Positions 62,320 through 64,000 of a DNA stretch of 64,000 nt are shown here, in pieces. Made by a program: the position numbers and the translations under genes. This stretch comes from Balanoglossus misakiensis. Lineage: Eukaryota > Animalia > Hemichordata. Position 1 is the first letter of the stretch. The number at the start of each line of letters is the position of its first letter. The stretch is from positions 3,457,943 through 3,521,942 of the forward strand of contig CM082595.2 of assembly GCA_040954595.2 (NCBI GenBank), written 5' to 3'. Below the pieces are notes generated by a model that ran no database searches, was not told the DNA's origin, and saw only the letters and a list, made by a program, of their open reading frames with translations.

Positions 62320-64000
62320 CTACAGAAGTGAAAAAAAGAAATAAGTGATAAATATTTGCGATCATACCCATCCATATTCAGAAATCCTGATGTCATAGTT
62401 TCACTGAAACAAAATCTAGAGCCAATGATGAATCCGAAAAACAAGGCCCCATGTACAAACCAACTGCCCAAATGGTTAAGATTGCATTATCAAATACAAG
62501 TCATCATATTTGCAACACTGCCCCTTAATGGAAAACTCGAAATATGCATCCAATCCAATGAAAAGAAACTTCAATTCACAGCTCTCGAATTTCTAAGGTG
62601 AGGAAAGCCAATTCTGTTGCAGTCGTTTCGTTTTTTAACATCTCTGATCATATTCTCAATTATTCCAGCTATGAGATTTGGAAAATAATTTGGTTTACTC
62701 ACGTAACTACGCTAATAAAAATCAAATGAGGTTATTTTTCATGATTTAATTTCATACTGAGAAAGTGGCTTTGCCCAATCCAATTTTCTTGTCACACGTC
62801 TTGTCTCACACGTCTACTTCTCGAGGAAACGCTAACTTTGATAGTACATGTATATAACTCAATTTGTTCATGATGGAAGTGCTAAAAAGTACACATAAAG
62901 CTACATTATTCTGCAATCGTTAACTGAATTTTGGATTGAAAAGGTCGACAGACCACTCATTAACTTGCCTGCAAGAGAATTTTGCATTTTGGGGGAAGAA
63001 ATCCAGTTTACATATTTCATAAATCGACACCCGAAATGACCTATAGCAGGATGCTAGTTAAACAGGAGCACACCAACCAGATCACTGTTAACAGAAACTG
63101 CACCAGTTTTATACACACTCAATTAAAGAACACACACCACTATTCTGTCTATCCCACAATACCATTTTTGCTGCGACTAAAGGCGACACAACGCATACAC
63201 ATCCCTTCGGGTTCAAACTTGTTTCATTACACATTGCAACCCAGGAGACACTCTGTTTAACACAATGACATGTTTGTGATTGGGGTCAGTCTATCTATTG
63301 GCTAACAGCCATCATCTGGACAATACACGTCCGCTGTTTAGTCAGTAACAAATACGTAACTCCCAACTGAGCCCTGAGCCCATTTTATTCCACATGTACT
63401 CAACACAATATATTTTCAATCATTAATTCAGAGCTCCCAGTGGAAAAGAAATGAGCTGGTACTGAAGCAAAAATGAAAATGTTTTTTGGGACATCTGCCT
63501 TCCTCGGGATAGAATTTAGATTCTCTCAAAGCCAGAACATGCAGAGAGAATTGGTTGTACTGAAGCATTTTTGTGACTTCTTCCAATTATTTTTCATTCT
63601 CATGCATTTCTCAGAGTGTACCTTGCAGCATTGAAATAATTTCCAGCAACCCAATCTGTTTCAGAAATTATTTAAATGCCTTGAATAACCAATATGAAGC
63701 AAACCTGAGTCAGGCATACATATACAATTACAGAGTAAGTACACATATATAACATCTGTTCTAATTCCTCTGAGAACATATAATAAAATTGCCATGAACC
63801 AGATCGAGTTCTTGCAGTCAAAGGTTTAGTATGACTTCAGTTAAACAAGATTTACAGCATAGTCCCTGTGAATCAATGTCCGATCTTGCACATAAAATCA
63901 CGCATCATGGGAATAAACTTGCCCACTATCGCTGAGGGACACTACATATACCATACTGGTATATTGGTCACCAAGGAACAATACACATATAACTACAATT

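Noticed and set aside
62703-62711. 9-nt minus-strand microexon-like signal (ttattag|CGTAGTTAC|gtgagt) upstream of the PLC PH exon
   Set aside because: Gives TAG in the required phase 1; could only be UTR or poison; no other support.
1-64000. CRISPR arrays, operons, rRNA or tRNA genes
   Set aside because: None seen; the sequence is spliceosomal-intron-containing eukaryotic DNA.

Overview
AT-rich eukaryotic (animal) genomic DNA. The intron-rich genes, U12 introns and mosaic CpG depletion are consistent with a marine invertebrate such as a hemichordate or echinoderm, but the taxon cannot be fixed from sequence alone. Two multi-exon genes on the minus strand were reconstructed by hand with consistent splice phases. 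One is a complete TMCO4/DUF726 lipase-like gene (10 coding exons, 33669-37945, 847 aa). The other is a phospholipase C-eta gene (PH-EF-X-Y-C2, 20 constitutive exons, 45170-62319; N-terminal exon(s) not identified) with two U12-type introns and a ~1000-aa low-complexity tail in one 3-kb exon. Top findings: (1) a 21-nt stop-carrying microexon that would remove a PLC-eta tail bearing RVxF, PPxY and AKAP-like motifs; (2) a hidden small plus-strand gene (shared exon 27803-28048) with several alternative first exons inside a ~28-kb region that otherwise looks empty; (3) a candidate minus-strand non-coding transcript (~40350-43400) with a duplicated promoter/first exon and a duplicated, strand-specific structured RNA motif. 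Microsatellites and several MITEs are also present. Most short ORFs in the supplied track are spurious.
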